Source: the human T2T-CHM13v2.0 reference genome, Homo sapiens. Taken from it: a stretch of 64,000 bases of DNA. The stretch lies in assembly GCF_009914755.1 (NCBI RefSeq), contig NC_060930.1. The stretch is one strand, 5' to 3'. Under the pieces are notes generated by a model. The model made no database searches. It saw nothing but the letters and a program-made list of their open reading frames with translations, and was not told the DNA's origin. This document shows, in pieces, positions 19,649-36,961 of this stretch. Position 1 is the first letter of the stretch. Each line of letters starts with the position of its first letter. A program made the position numbers and the translations under genes.

Positions 19649-19984
19649 CTGCAAAAATGAGTTTCTGGAATGATTGAAAATATGGAAAATTCTCCAAGCA
19701 TAAGAAGAAATTTAAAAAGCACTAGTGATCTGAGAACAAGAAAAATGTCCACCAAAGTTTCTCCTTCATTGTCCAACATCAACATACCCTCTTTTCTCTT
19801 TTAATTTTTTTTAAAAATTATGGTAATACATGCATAAGATAAAAGTTACCTTCTTAACCATTTTTAAGTGTACAATACAGTAGTGTCAAGTATATTCACA
19901 CTGTTGTGCAACATTCTACTGGGCGTGAGATGAGCCAGTTCATTATTTTAAGGGCACTTCACAACTGGTACCAATTTTTGCATT

Positions 19985-20530
19985 AACCTTATTATTTTAT
20001 CGTTTTGGTTGCAATGAGAGAAACCCAACTTGAACTTGGTTAAGTCAAAACCAAACAAGCAAACAAACAAACCTTATAGGTTTAAAGCACAGATGCATGA
20101 AACTAGTCTATTATTATTAAATCTGTCTTTTTAACTTTTTTCCATATTTCCCTTCCTCTTTTTACCTGCTTCCTCCTCTGTTAGTTTAATTCTCAGGCAA
20201 GCTTTCCCCAACTTCATATTTGCTCAGTGGTCACTAGATTCACTCATCCTTATACTAGTCTCCACAAATAGGCATGTGTCTCTTTCATCATAACTTTGAA
20301 AAGATTTCTATGGATGAATCGCCTGGATTGGGTGATTTGACTGTTCCTAAACAAAGCTCTATGTCCTTAATTAGGCAGCTGGATTATAAATGGATACCCT
20401 TACTCTCATATCTGCCTTGAGTGAAGCAGAGCCATGCTATTGGCCCTCCTGCCCTGTATGTTTGTATGCGGTAGTTGAAGGGAAGTTTCTAAAACAATGG
20501 TCCAAAGACTGATATCAGACAGTCAAGACC
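19985..20530 (-). mobile_element. MLT1J/K-like MaLR LTR remnant
   Basis: tttggttgcaatgagagaaacccaacttgaacttggttaag...ggattgggtgatttgactgttcctaaacaa. Diverged. Confidence 0.5.
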
Positions 20531-21456
20531 AGCTTTACATGAATCATTTCATAGGCTCCTGTCATATCCTTACTAAGCTGGTCCTCATTTCAGGAAGGAG
20601 GAATATTTTCTGTTCTCCCTATTTAATACTTGCCTGCTAAGTTTTAATCAAATTTCGACATTGATAACTGGCCGTGGAAATCTCCAATCTCTTCAAGAGA
20701 AAAGCCTCACTCCTACTAAGAGGGTTGTGTTCTGACCCTGTGGTCAGATAAATAACCATGCTAGAGTCTGACTTGAATATATCCCCCAAGGTCATATAAA
20801 CAATGTCAATAATAGTTCCTCAGTCCAGGTTTACTTATTTTAACTTTAGTCCATTTCTTATGTGTAAACTTCTGTAAGATATTTTTAGGATGGTGAAGTG
20901 AGCACATGCATTGTGCTGACACTTCCAGTTAAAAATATTATTATAGAAAAATTCACTAGAATTGAGGAATAAAAATAAAATGAAATAAAAACAAAAAAAG
21001 ATGGTCTCACCAGACAAATAAAAAATAATATAGTAGACAAATCAATAATTTACAATGTTTATAAAATTATTTTAACATGAAGCAAGATGCAATTATAAAG
21101 AATCAAGCAGAAATTTGGGATATAAAAAATAAAATGGTTGGCATAAAAAACTCAAGCAATGAAATAAGAGGATAGGTAAGCTGAGGAACAAATTTTCCAG
21201 GTGGAAATCAGGTTAAGATATCAAAAAATGAAAAAGAAAATTAAAGAAAAAGATAAGACTTTAAAAAGAATAAAATGATAGAAAAGATAAAATAAATGTA
21301 AGTAAAAATAAAATAGTAGTATCAGAAATCCATATACAAGCAATTTCAGATGAGGATAAAAAATAAACAGTAGGGAAATAGTTAAATAAATGACTGATAA
21401 TTCCTAAGAATTACAGAAATATCTTAGGACTAGAAGAGTTGTAGGAGAGTAGAATT

Positions 21457-21987
21457 TATCAGTTAGTCTTTGTTGTATAACAAGCCATCATCTCAAAACT
21501 CTGTGGCTTAAAATGACAACAAAAATCATTCATTAGTTCATAATTCTGAGAGCTGGCAATTTAAATTTATATCATCTGAGTAGTTTTGCTTCTGACCTCT
21601 GCTAGGTTCACTTATGGGTCTGTAGTCAGATGTCAGATTGACTGAGACTGGCTAATCTAGGATGCTCTTACTCTTATATCTGTCAGGTGTTAGGCTATTT
21701 TTCCTGTGGTCTCTCCAGTAGGTTATCTCAGCCTCATTCACATCCTTGTTTTGTGGTCTCAGAATTCCAAGGGCTGCAAAAGAGGGCAAAACCCAACAGG
21801 TAAGTGTTGCCAGGTCTCTGTGTGTATCATGTTTGCTAATATTCTATTGAAGAAATAAGTAATATGTCTAAGCCAAGATTTAAGGTGTAGAGAAATAAAC
21901 TCTACTAATTGAAAGGACCATTAAAGTTACATTGCAAAGTTACAGAAAAGGAGAAAGTATTGCGATCATCTTTACAATCTATTATAA
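21457..21987 (-). mobile_element. MLT1F/G-like MaLR solo LTR
   Basis: Starts tatcagttag..tgtataacaagcca..caaaactctgtggcttaaaa and ends catctttacaatctattata (reverse of a TGTGGTAGATTG-like LTR start). Confidence 0.7.
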
Positions 21988-22553
21988 CAATTAAGTTACA
22001 TAGGAAAAAAATACACCCAGATTGTATGGAGATTCAAGAACAATGAAGTCAAAGAGAAAAATCTAAAAGCTTCTAGATTAAAAAAGACCACATGACTTAT
22101 AAAGATACAAGAATTGAATGCACATATCAAATACTCAACAGTGAAATAGAAAGCTGTACCATTTAAATATGAGGGCACAGTTATGATATTTGGGGGTTCT
22201 ACAAGTCCTCAGAAGTATACAAACATCTCTTAGAAAATGCTTTTGAATAATGTCTCAATAAGAAGAAAAGAAACAATGGATATGAGAAATAAGACTATTC
22301 AAGTAATTCAGTAAAAATGTTAGTGGCTTAAAAAATTAAGTATTTCCTCCTATTATCACCAAGAAGATTCTATACCCTTATTCTACTGAAGAAATAAGTT
22401 ATATGCCTAAGCTAAGATTTATGGATTTCTATCTATTGAAAGAAAGATCATTAAATTTACATTGCAAAGTGACAGAAAAGGAGAAAGTATTGGGGTCATC
22501 TTTACAATCTATTACAGCAATTAAGTTAGATAGGAGAAAAAATACACCTAGAT
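21841..22553 (+). repeat. Diverged ~175-bp direct duplication (21841-22022 and 22380-22553)
   Basis: Both copies run attcta.tgaagaaataagt.atatg.ctaagc.aagattta...ttacattgcaaagt.acagaaaaggagaaagtattg...tcatctttacaatctatta..caattaagtta.atagga.aaaaatacacc.agat. Confidence 0.9.
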
Positions 22554-23551
22554 ATATTCTAGATATTGCCTAAAATTCTAGATATTGCCAACATGCTTAT
22601 AGGGAAGGTGGATGTAATACAAATAATGGGCCCAGATGTAAAATAATGCTTAAGTATTCTTTGTAGAAGGGAATATCATTAATATTTACAGAAAAAATAA
22701 ACATGAAAGAAAGGAGAGAAGATGCAAACAAATCAAATACAAAATTAAAGACAATATGGCAGAAGTTGAACAATAATAAAATTACATTATGAGTAAATAC
22801 ATGCTAGTTAATTTGGTAGACTAAATGAAATAATTAAATATATTAAAGAAATAGATGACAAAATTGGTAATAAAAGGATTTTTTAAAATAAAATTTGGAT
22901 TTACTAATAGCCACTGGAAAATTGATATGGTAACCAAAGACTTTTCCGTTAGGCAATAAATTCCCCTATTTTTCATATTGATTTACATGTTAGTTTTACT
23001 AAACATTTATGAAACAGATAATCTTTAAATTATGTTAGCTGTTCAAGAAAAAATAGATAAATTGGGAAGTTGCAACTCTTATTTTGGGGATACTATAACT
23101 TTGATTCAAAATAAGAAGTATTATAAAATAAAGAATATATAATTTCACTTGTGAACAGAGACACTCACATTTTAAGTTGAAATATTATCTAGCCAAAGCT
23201 ATAATGTATTAAATTATAACAAATAAGGTTTATCCCAATAATACAAGTGTAGGTCAACATTAGAAAAAGCTACCCATGTAATACACCATACTTTTGAACT
23301 AAAGGAAAAAAATGTATTCTTATCTCAATATATTTAAAAATGCATGTGATGAAATTTAACATCTATTTATCACCAAAAAACTCTGAATTAATAGCATCAA
23401 AAAGTATGTCCAACCAGAAATACAAAAAACAAAAAAGTAAAATAAATACTAAAAAGTATTAAACGTATTAAAAATAATAAAAGTATTAAACATAACGAAC
23501 TAGAAAGCAAAATAACAGTAAAACTGATCAGTAAAAACAAAACTGTTGTAA

Positions 23552-23582
23552 ATATTGCTGCAATAAACATATGTGTGTGTGT

Positions 23583-23620
<38 letters not shown>

Positions 23621-23888
23621 TTATAGTAGAATGATTTATAACCCTTTGGGTATATACCCAGTAATGGGATTGCTGGGCCAAATGGTATTTCTGGTCCTAG
23701 ATCCTTGAGGAATCGCCACACTGTTTTCCACAATGGTTGAACTAATTTACACTCACACCAACAGTGTAAAAGCATTCCTATTTCTCCACAGCCTTGCCAG
23801 CATCTATTGTTTCCTGACTTTTTGATAATCACCATTCTGCCATTCTGGCACATGTATCCCAGAACTTAAAGTAAAAGGAAAAAAAGAA
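23552..23888 (+). mobile_element. Short inverted L1PA7-10-like insertion with internal (TG)n
   Basis: Antisense ORF2 C-terminus 23552-23839 with (TG)n at 23570-23618, then the sense 3' terminus cattctggcacatgtatcccagaacttaaagtaaaa at 23841-23877. Confidence 0.75.
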
Positions 23889-24891
23889 ATAGCATATTAC
23901 AGAGGAAATGTTGAAAGGAGAGGTGGCAATAGCAATTATAAAAAGGGCAAAAAGCCTGAAAGCAAAAAAGAGAAAAACTATGAAAATCAGACAACAGAAC
24001 TCAAAGCCCATTGAGTATAGGAGAAAAAATATGTACATTTCGGTAATCTCTCATGGTATCATAGTATTAAAGCACAGTAAAAATTAAAAAAAAAACTGGT
24101 TTCTTTAAAAAGATTTTTAAAAATAGCCTAAATGCTTGAATAGGTGAAGAAAAAAACAAAAAGTAAAGAGAGCCTCTGCTTCTAGGTATGATAGAGTAGT
24201 GTGCATCAGACCAAATCTCCCTTTGTGAAAAAGTAGAAAAGGCAGATAATATACAAAATGGAAACATTGGTTTGCAGGTGTCATAGAGATGTCAAGCAAC
24301 CAAGAATTCCTGGAGAAGGAGTGACCACAGAAGTGAGTGGACATTCCCCTCAGGGAGTATGCCTATTTTGGGCACAGGGCTGCAGGCTGAATTATTTTCC
24401 TAGTCTCTCTCTAAAGAAATATATTACAGAGATTGTGCTGTACTACAAAGAGCACAAAGATGATATAACCAAAGAATGTAGGAAAAAACAATATTAGAGA
24501 GGAGTTATAGTCAACAAAGGTAGTTTGGTATATGTGACATTTGCCATCTTTTAAAATCTCGGTAAATCATTATGATTTTTTTTCCCATTCTAAATAAATT
24601 TGTACCTAGTTTTGTTTTATTTTATTTAAAGACGACTTAATCCACCCTTAACCAGTTATCTGGGCTTCAGGTTCCATAGAACAAGATCTGCTCCTGATTA
24701 GGATAGAGGAATGGGACAAATATTTTTTTCCCACTTTTAATTTTTTCTTCTATTAAATCAAAATGATAAAGTGCTACATAAATCTCAGTTGTGTGTGTGT
24801 GTGTGTGTGTCTGTATGTTTATTTTAACTTCTAAAAAAGAAATAGGATTCCAAGTCACTTTGTTAGTCTTTACATAGAGTCATTCGCTTAC

Positions 24892-24991
24892 CTTGAATGG
24901 CGATGATTTAAGGCATCTCTAGAGTTCATCATGTAGAGATAGCTATTATATGAATTTTACAACTGGAGGAACTCAACACCAAAGAATGTTT
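24892..24991 (-). other. Candidate 100-nt exon of an unidentified minus-strand transcript
   Basis: Minus strand: acceptor acatttattcttcAG| and near-consensus donor AAG|GTAAGC, in unique sequence. All three frames contain a stop; a terminal ATG-initiated frame MMNSRDALNHRHS is open. Confidence 0.35.
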
Positions 24992-26199
24992 CTGAAGAAT
25001 AAATGTTTGTTTGCTATTTCTGCCTTATAAAAGTCAGTCATCGACCCAATAGTTAGAATCCTGATGTGAATTGCACCCTTGCTGATAGATGGTCCAGCTC
25101 CCACTAGAAAATAGAAAACAACTCTTGTTTTTATTAAACGGATCTCATGAACACCTCAGATCTACTATCATGTGGCTGCCCATTTTTATTAATATGTGCT
25201 TATGTTAATTCTTATATGTAGAATAAACAGTCCATTGCCAGGAAAATATTTTATGTAAGCATAACCATCTATATATGAAATTAATGTATTTTCTTGTTTC
25301 ATCATAAACTTTCCTTATGGCTTCAAAACTAATATTTTAGAAGCTAATATTTGTCTCCTGGGGTGAGTTACTCTAGGTACTACTCTTAAAATGTTCCAAA
25401 AGGGTTATGAATTATATAGACTGTGAAAAAATATTCAAAATACATTGTGTTTCATTTCAATTTGAAAATTTGAATTGAATTGAAATTAAAATGAAATAAA
25501 AGTTAAATACATTACATTTATTTTGGCAATAAATGTAGGTCTATAAGAAAAATAAAAATACTATGTATGAGGGAATGGTCTCTAGTTTTATGTGTTAATT
25601 TATTCAAATTATTGTGACATTATTGTATTATTTGGTATCATGTTAAATATTAATTTAATAAGCATTAAATTACAAAATTTATTTCACTTATTTTTTTAAA
25701 TCTGGGCAGAATAAATTAAATTTCTCATTTTAAATTTTCTTTGGATAGTCACAATCGTTGAATGGCATTTTGAAAAAAAAGTGGTTAAATTTGAAATTGT
25801 AAAACATAATTGTCACAAGCAGAGAGAAAAAACTGGGAAAATTTTAATTTATGAAACTTTATACCACTTTTGTAATGTTCTAAAGTAAAATTTCATCCAA
25901 TTGTGATTTTAAAAGTAATATAAATAGTGGATGTTCTTTTGAATTGAGAGGAATACATTATAAAAATCATCCTGAATGGTGCTGTATATAACTCTGTAAC
26001 ATATTTCTCATAGATGGGGAGAAGGTAGGCTTGAGTTGGAATCGAACTCTAAAGTCTTAATAAGAGAGTGGTGGAAAGGCAATGGGTAAATAGCCAAGAA
26101 AGATTTAGTAACATGCCTGTAATAACAGTACACATATAATCAGGTTCTCTGTTTAGAATGTCTAAAGAATTAGCCTATAGTTCATGTTTTTGGTAATCA

Positions 26200-28500
26200 T
26201 AGCAACAATAATTTTGCAGCCATTTGTGGACCAAAAAAGTGCCTTTGGGCAAGCCTTAGGATTAAGGCAGGAGGTTGTGAAACTCTAGTGGAGCCCAAAA
26301 ACTAGGAGGGGTGTTTTGAGAGGAGAAACCCATGCTTAAGTGTCAGACTTACTGCTGCAGGGTCCTCGCTCCAGACCAAGAAATGGACTCATCTCCTTGT
26401 GGATTTGGCTATAGCCCCATGTGATCTTTGTCCTGCTACCAAAACCACCTGCCAAGGGGCTTAGAAAGAGTTATGTGCACAAGTGCCTCAGGTGACAGCC
26501 TAGCCAACCTGTGTTCCTGCTGTGGACCCTGAAAACAGCCCTGAAACTTGATTCTAGCCCCTTTTGGCTGTGGTCTGAGATCAGTGCTGCCTATATAGGG
26601 ACCAGAAGAAGACACACTCTTCAGAGTTCCCAGGGTAGGCTTGACAACCTCGGCCCCACAGCAGATCCTAAAATGGCCTGAAATTTTGCTCTTGCTCCTT
26701 TCAACTGCCCTCTATGAGCAGCTGTCTCCACAGGAACCCAGAGAAGAGACATGCCCATTAATGCCTCTACAGACAAGGCTTGTTGGCCATAGTCCCATTT
26801 TGGATCTTGAAATGGCACTGTAAGTCTGTTCTAACCCCTCTCAGCTGCAGTCTGAGGGCAGTCCTAATGCCCATGGTACCCATGCCTATTTGACCTCAGA
26901 GGCAGGTAACAGACGAGGCTTAGCTGTGGACTCTGAAGTGGTGGTAATGACTTGGTTCTGGCCCATCTCAGATGCAGCTTTGATTCAACCAATGACTGAG
27001 TAGGAGCCCTTCCAGTGACCTAGAGGAAGTCACACATATCAATTCACATGACATGTTGTTTGTACCCTCAAGCAGACCCTTATCTTAATGCAAGTCCTAC
27101 TGACCAATGTACCAGAGGCAGTCCAGTCCATCCAGGGACCAGAAAGGATCTATGTCCATTAAAGTCCCTTGTAACAGGTCTGCCAACTACAGACCCAAGA
27201 GTAGCCACATGATCTTCCTCCAATCCCCAATCCCATCAACTTGGTATTCAACAGGAGACTTTCACCAGCTGAAACAAATCTGTCAAGACTGTAAGAGGTG
27301 TTTCCTCCTTCAAATGCTGACATTACATGCATAGTAAAAAATCAACCAAACATGACTTCACCAGAGGAAACTAAGATAAAGCTCCAATAACCAATTTCAA
27401 TGACATAGAGAACTATGAATTGTTTAAAAAAAGAATTCAAATAATTATCTGCATTAAGTTCAGTGAGATGCAAGAAAACACAGATATAAAACAAAATAAA
27501 ATTAGAAAAGCAATGTGGGCAAAATGAAAAGTTTAATAAAGAAATAGGAACCATAAAAAGAACCAAGCAAAAATCCTAGAGCTGAATACAATGACAGAAC
27601 TAAAAAATTGTACAAAGAGCTCCAAAAGAGATGGAATCATAGAAAGAAAGAATTAGTAAACTCAAAGACAGTTCATTTGAAATTAGCTACTTAGAGGAAC
27701 AATAACAGAAGATCAAAAAGAAGAAAGAAAATATAAAGAGACATAGTGAAGCACACAAATACACAAATTATGAAAATTTCAGAAGCAGAAAAAAAGGTTA
27801 TTTAAATAAATAAACATTGAAAATTTTACAAATCTCTGGGGATGCATGGACATACAGGGTCAGTAAGCTCAAAAGACACTGAGCAAGATCAACCAAAAGA
27901 AAATAATTGAAAATTTCACAAATCTTAAAGGGTGTATGGACTTACAGAGTCAGGAAACTCAAAGGACTCTAAGCAAGATCAACAATAACAACAAAATACT
28001 CTAGGATGCTTGTAATCAAATTTTCAAGTCCAAAAAGAGAGAATCTTCAAACAACCAGATAAAAAAGTCTCATCACATTAAGAGAACCTCCAAGAGGTTA
28101 TCAGCAGACTTCTAAACAAAAATCTTGCAAGCCAGTAGGGAGACAGATGATATCTTCAAAGTGCTGAATGAAAAAAACCTGTCAACTAAGAAAACTATAC
28201 CTCCTGAAACTGTCCTTCAGAAATGAAGGAGAGATCAAAATATTCCCAAACAAAAGCTGAGAGTGTTTATCACTATGAGACCTGCCTTACATGAACTTCT
28301 AAAGAAAGTTCTTCAAATTCAATAAAAATATGCTAAATAACAGCATGAAACATATGAAAATATAAAACTCACTGTTAAATGTAAATGCATAGTCAAACTC
28401 AGAATACTGTTAAAACTGTAATGGTGGTGTGTAAATCACTTTTAACTCAAGAATTCATGTTAAAAGACAAAGGTATTAAAAATAGCCATAGCTATAATAA
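26200..28500 (+). mobile_element. Old L1M 5'UTR and ORF1 remnant
   Basis: GC-richer repetitive 5'UTR, then degenerate ORF1 (aaaatcctagagctgaa; ttatcagcagacttct; ccttcagaaatgaaggagagatcaaaa). Confidence 0.7.
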
Positions 28501-30254
28501 GGCTCCAGGATCACCCTTAAAGATACAGGATCCACGTTTGTCTCCATGGACTGAGGCTTTAGGCACACAACAGCACTAGGCCAGCCCCCATGGACTAAGG
28601 CTCCAGGTTGCAGTAGAACCAGCTACAAACCTCACCTCCTGGACACAAAAAACAGGTCCAACCCACTGGATTCATTCTCCAAGTTCAACCCTGAACACCT
28701 AAGTGACAGGCCTGCCACTTGCAGACATGAGCACCAGGCTAGCCTCACTAAGGACTCCAGCCATAAGCTCACCTATGGATTATGCTAGATGGGCTGCACA
28801 GAATCTTTGGATGAACTGACTAGTGAAGCACTTTCCCCGAAGAAGCCAGTCTCCAAGGATGGAATAAGATCCTTATTCTTCAAATGCACAGATGTTAGTG
28901 TAAGGCAACAAGTAACATGAAAGCAATGAAACATAATACCACCCAAATAACACAATAACCTCCCAGTGGTTGACACCAAAGAAATGGAGATATATAGACT
29001 GTCTGACAAATAAATCAAAATAAATGTTTTAAGGAAGCTTAGCAAACTTCAAGAATATACAGAGAAACAATTCAATGAAATGAGGAAAACAATAATTGAC
29101 CAAATAAGATATTTAAAAGGGATATTGAAATTATTTTTTAAAAAATCAAACATAAATTCAGGAGATGAGAAATATAATGAATGAAATAAAAATACAATAG
29201 AGAGTATCAATAGCAGAACCTATTAAGCAGAAGAAACAATTTGTGAACTTGACCACAGGCTATTTGAAACAAACACACACAGAAGAGAAAAATAAAGCAT
29301 AAAAAGAAACTAAGAAAACTTTCAAGATTTTGGGGACAGCATCAAAAGAGAAAACATTTGAGTTACACAATTTCAAGGAGAAGAAGAGAGAGACATAGGA
29401 GCTGAAAGCTTATTTAAAGAACTAATATCAAAAGATTTCCAAATCTGGGGAATAAGAAATATCTTGAATGTAAATGGATTGAATTCTCCAATTAAATACA
29501 TAGAGTGACTGAATGGTTGAGAAAATAAAATCCAATCTACAGACTGAATGCTGCTGATAGCCTCACTGTACATGTAAGGACACACAAAGACTAAAAATGA
29601 AGAGATAAAAAAGGATATTCCCTGCTAATTAGAACAAAAAATGAGCAAAGGTTGCTACACTTATATCACACAAAGTAAATTTTAAGTCAAACCCTATACA
29701 ATGAGACAAAGAAGGTCATCATATAATAACAAAGGAGTCAATTTCCACTGGGAGATAACAATTGTAAATGTATGTACACCCAATATCAGAGTACCTAAAT
29801 ACATAAAGCAAATATTAACAGATCTGAGGAGAGATAAAATAATAGTAAAGACTCCTATACCCCACTATGAGCAATGGATAGATTATTCAGATAGCAAATC
29901 AAAAAAAAGACATTGAACTTCAACTACGCTGTAGGCAAAATGAGTCTAACAGACATATACAGAGAAAATGTCATCTAACAGACAGATAATAAGCATTTCT
30001 TTAAAGGGCATGTGGAACAGTCTCCAAGACAAAGCATATGTTGTGCTACAAAACAAGTCTTAACATATTCAAGAAGATTTAAGTCATATCAATTATCTTT
30101 TCCAAACACAATGGTCTTAAACTAGACATGAATAACAAGAGGAATTTTGGAAAGTTGAAAAAATATGTGGAATTTAAACAACGCAGTCCAGAAGAGCCAG
30201 TGTGTTTGAAGAAAAAATGAAAAGAGAAATTGAAAAATAAAAAAACGCACACAA

Positions 30255-31162
30255 GGGGGGAGGAGCCAAGATGGCCGAATAGGAAGAGCTCCGGTCTACA
30301 GCTCCCAGCATGAGCAATGCAGAAGATGGGTGATTTCTGCATTTCCATCTGAGGTACCAGGTTCATCTCACTAGGGAGTGTGAGACAGTGGGCGCAGGTC
30401 AGTGGGTGCACGCACCGTGTGTGAGCGGAAGCAGGGCGAGGCATTGCCTCACCTGGGAAGTGCAAGGGGTCAGGGAGTTCCCTTTTCTACTCAAAGAAAG
30501 GGGTGACAGACAGCACCTGGAAAATCGGGTCACTCCCACCCAAATAATGCGCTTTTCTGACGGGCTTAAAAAATGGCGCACCAGGAGATTATATCCTGCA
30601 CATGGCTTGGAGGGTCCTACGTCCACGGAGTCTCGCTGATTGCTAGCACAGCAGTCTGAGATCAAACTGCAAGGTGGCAGCGAGGCCGCAAGAGGGGCGC
30701 CAGGCATTGCCCAGGCTTGCTTAGGTAAACAAAGCATCCAGGAAGCTCGAACTGGGTGGCGCCCACCACAGCTCAAGGAGGCCTGCCTGCCTCTGTAGGC
30801 TCCACCTCTGGGGGCAGGGCACAGACAAACAAAAAGACAGCAGTAACCTCTGCAGACTTAAATGTCCCTGTCTGACAGCTTTGAAGAGAGCAGTGGTTCT
30901 CCCAGCATGCAGCTGGAGATCTGAGAACGGGCAGACTGCCTCCTCAAGTGGGTCCCTGACCCCTGGCCCCCGAGCAGCCAGACTGGGAGGCACCCCCCAG
31001 CAGGGGCAGACTGACACCTCACATGGCCGGGTACTCCAACAGACTTGCAGCTGAGGGTCCTGCCTGTTAGAAGGAAAACTAACAAACAGAAAGGACATCC
31101 ACACCAAAAACCCATCTGTATATCACCATCATCAAAGACCAAAAGTAGATAAAACCACAAAG
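30255..31162. promoter_or_regulatory. L1 5'UTR with sense and antisense promoters
   Basis: Complete, relatively CpG-rich 5'UTR. YY1 motif AAGATGGCC. Sense donor GAG|GTACC (30354) and acceptor CTGACAG| (30878). Antisense donors at 30516 and 30452. Confidence 0.8.
30399..30707 (-). CDS. L1 ORF0 homologue, open, 102 aa (C-terminally extended)
   Basis: MPGAPLAASLPPCSLISDCCASNQRDSVDVGPS...VGVTRFSRC matches primate L1 ORF0 as I recall it (MAGAPPPASLPPCSLISDCCASNQRDS...). Translation at this locus is unproven. Confidence 0.55.
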   Translation of the reverse strand: MPGAPLAASLPPCSLISDCCASNQRDSVDVGPSKPCAGYNLLVRHFLSPSEKRIIWVGVTRFSRCCLSPLSLSRKGNSLTPCTSQVRQCLALLPLTHGACTH

Positions 31163-32180
31163 ATGGGGAAAAAACAGAACAGAAAAACTGGAAACTCTAA
31201 AAAGCAGAGTGCCTCTCCTCCTCCAAAGGAACGCAGTTCCTCACCAGCAACAGAACAAAGCTGGACAGAGAATGACTTTGATGAGCTGAGAGAAGAAGCC
31301 TTCAGATGATCAAATTACTCTGAGCTATGGGAGGAAATTCAAACCAAAGGCAAAGAAGTTGAAAACTTTGAAAAAAGTTTAGAAGAATGTATAACTGGAA
31401 TAACCAATACAGAGAAGTGCTTAAAGGAGCTGATGGAGCTGAAAACCAAGGCTTGAGAACTACGTGAAGAATGCAGAAGCCTCAGGAGCCAATGTGATCA
31501 ACTGGAAGAAAGGGTATCAGTGATGGAAGATGAAGTGAATGAAATGAAGTGAGAAGGGAAGTTTAGAGAAAAAAAGAATAAAAAGAAATGAGCAAAGCCT
31601 CCAAGAAATATGGGACTATGTGAAAAGACCAAATCTATGTCTGATTGGTGTACCTGAAAGTGACAGGGAGAATGGAACCAAGTTGGAAAACACTCTGCAG
31701 GATATTATCCAGGAGAACTTCCCCAGTCTAGCAAGGCAGGCCAACATTCAGATTCAGGAAATACAGAGAACGCCAGAAAGATACTCCTTGAGAAGAACAA
31801 CTCCAAGACACATAATTGTCAGATTCACCAAAGTTGAAATGGAGGAAAAAATGTTAAGGGCAGCCAGAGAGAAAGGTCAGGTTACTCTCAAAGGGAAGCC
31901 CATCAGACTAACAGCGGATCTCTCGGCAGAAACTCTACAAGCCAGAAGAGAGTGGGGGCCAATATTCAACATTCTTAAAGAAAAGAATTTTCAACCCAGA
32001 ATTTCATATCCAGCCAAACTAAGCTTCATAAGTGAAGGAGAAATAAAATCCTTTAAAGACAAGCAAATGCTCAGAGATTTTGTCACCACCAGGCCTGCCC
32101 TAAAAGAGCTCCTGAAGGAAGCACTAAACACGGAAAGGAACAACCAGTAACAGCCGCTGCAAAAACATGCCAAATTGTAA
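31163..32180 (+). pseudogene. L1 ORF1, disrupted (TGA at 31307-31309, further stops, +1 A in the A-run near 31570)
   Basis: ATGGGGAAAAAACAG start; the C-terminal ORF 31620-32150 is ORF1p. Confidence 0.92.
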
Positions 32181-32228
32181 AGACCATCGATGCTAGGAAG
32201 AAACTGCATCAACTAATGAGCAAAATAA

Positions 32229-36071
<3,843 letters not shown>

Positions 36072-36659
36072 ACAATGAGAACACATGGACACAGGAAGGG
36101 GAACATCACACTCTGGGGACTGTTGTGGGGTTGGGGGAGCGGGAAGGGATAGCATTTGGAGATATACCTAATGCTAGATCACGGGTTAGTGGGTGCAGCA
36201 CACCAGCATGGCACATGTATACATATGTAACTAACCTGCACATTGTGCACATGTACCCTAAAACTTAAAGTATAATAATAAATTTTAAAAAACGCACAAA
36301 AAATATACAAAACCTTACAAGATGCAAAAAAAAGCAGTTTTAAGAGGGAAGGTTACAGCAATCACTGCCCCCATCAAAGTAAAAAGATCTCAGATAAACA
36401 ACTTAGCTTCACATTTCAAGGAACTAGAAAAAGACGAGTAAACAGAACCTAATGCAAATGGAAGAAAGGAAATTACAAAGATAAGATAATAAATGCAAAA
36501 GACTAGGAAAACAATATAAAAAATCAACAACACCAGAAGCTGTTTTCTTTTAAATAAACAATAACTGCCAAACCCTTTGCTATACTAAGCAATAAAAAAG
36601 AGAATATACTCGAATAAAATAAGAAATGGAAGAGGAGACATTAAAACTTGTACTACAAA

Positions 36660-36961
36660 GCCAGTTGTGGTGGCTCACACCTGTAATCCCAACACTTTGG
36701 GAGTCCAAGGTGGGTGAATCACTTGAGCTCAGGAGTTTGAGAACATCCTGGGCAACATGGTGAATCCCCATTTCTACTAAAAAATACAAAACTTAGCTAG
36801 GTGTGGTGGTGTATACGTGTGGTCCAAGCTATTCAGGAGGCTGAGCTGGGAGGATCGCTGGAGTTTGGCGGGGCAGAGGTTGCAGTGAGCCAAGATTGCA
36901 CCACTGCACTCCAGCCTAGGTGACAGAGTGAGACGCTGTCCAAACAAAGAAACAACAACTA
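36660..36961 (+). mobile_element. AluJ-like element inserted in old L1 ORF2
   Basis: Dimeric Alu. 17-bp TSD AAAACTTGTAC(T/C)ACAAA at 36643-36659 and 36962-36978. Confidence 0.93.

Larger units (their letters stand above)
20990..23400 (+). mobile_element. Very old L1M ORF1/ORF2 remnants, interrupted by an MLT1 LTR
   Basis: A-rich degenerate ORF1-like sequence, then ORF2-like sequence (tttatcccaataatacaagtgtaggtcaacattagaaaa; tatctcaata...aaaatgcatgtgatgaaattt). Confidence 0.55.

Noticed and set aside
20633-20712. Minus-strand cassette with a GC donor (CAG|GCAAGT)
   Set aside because: Weak acceptor and stops in all frames; no other support.
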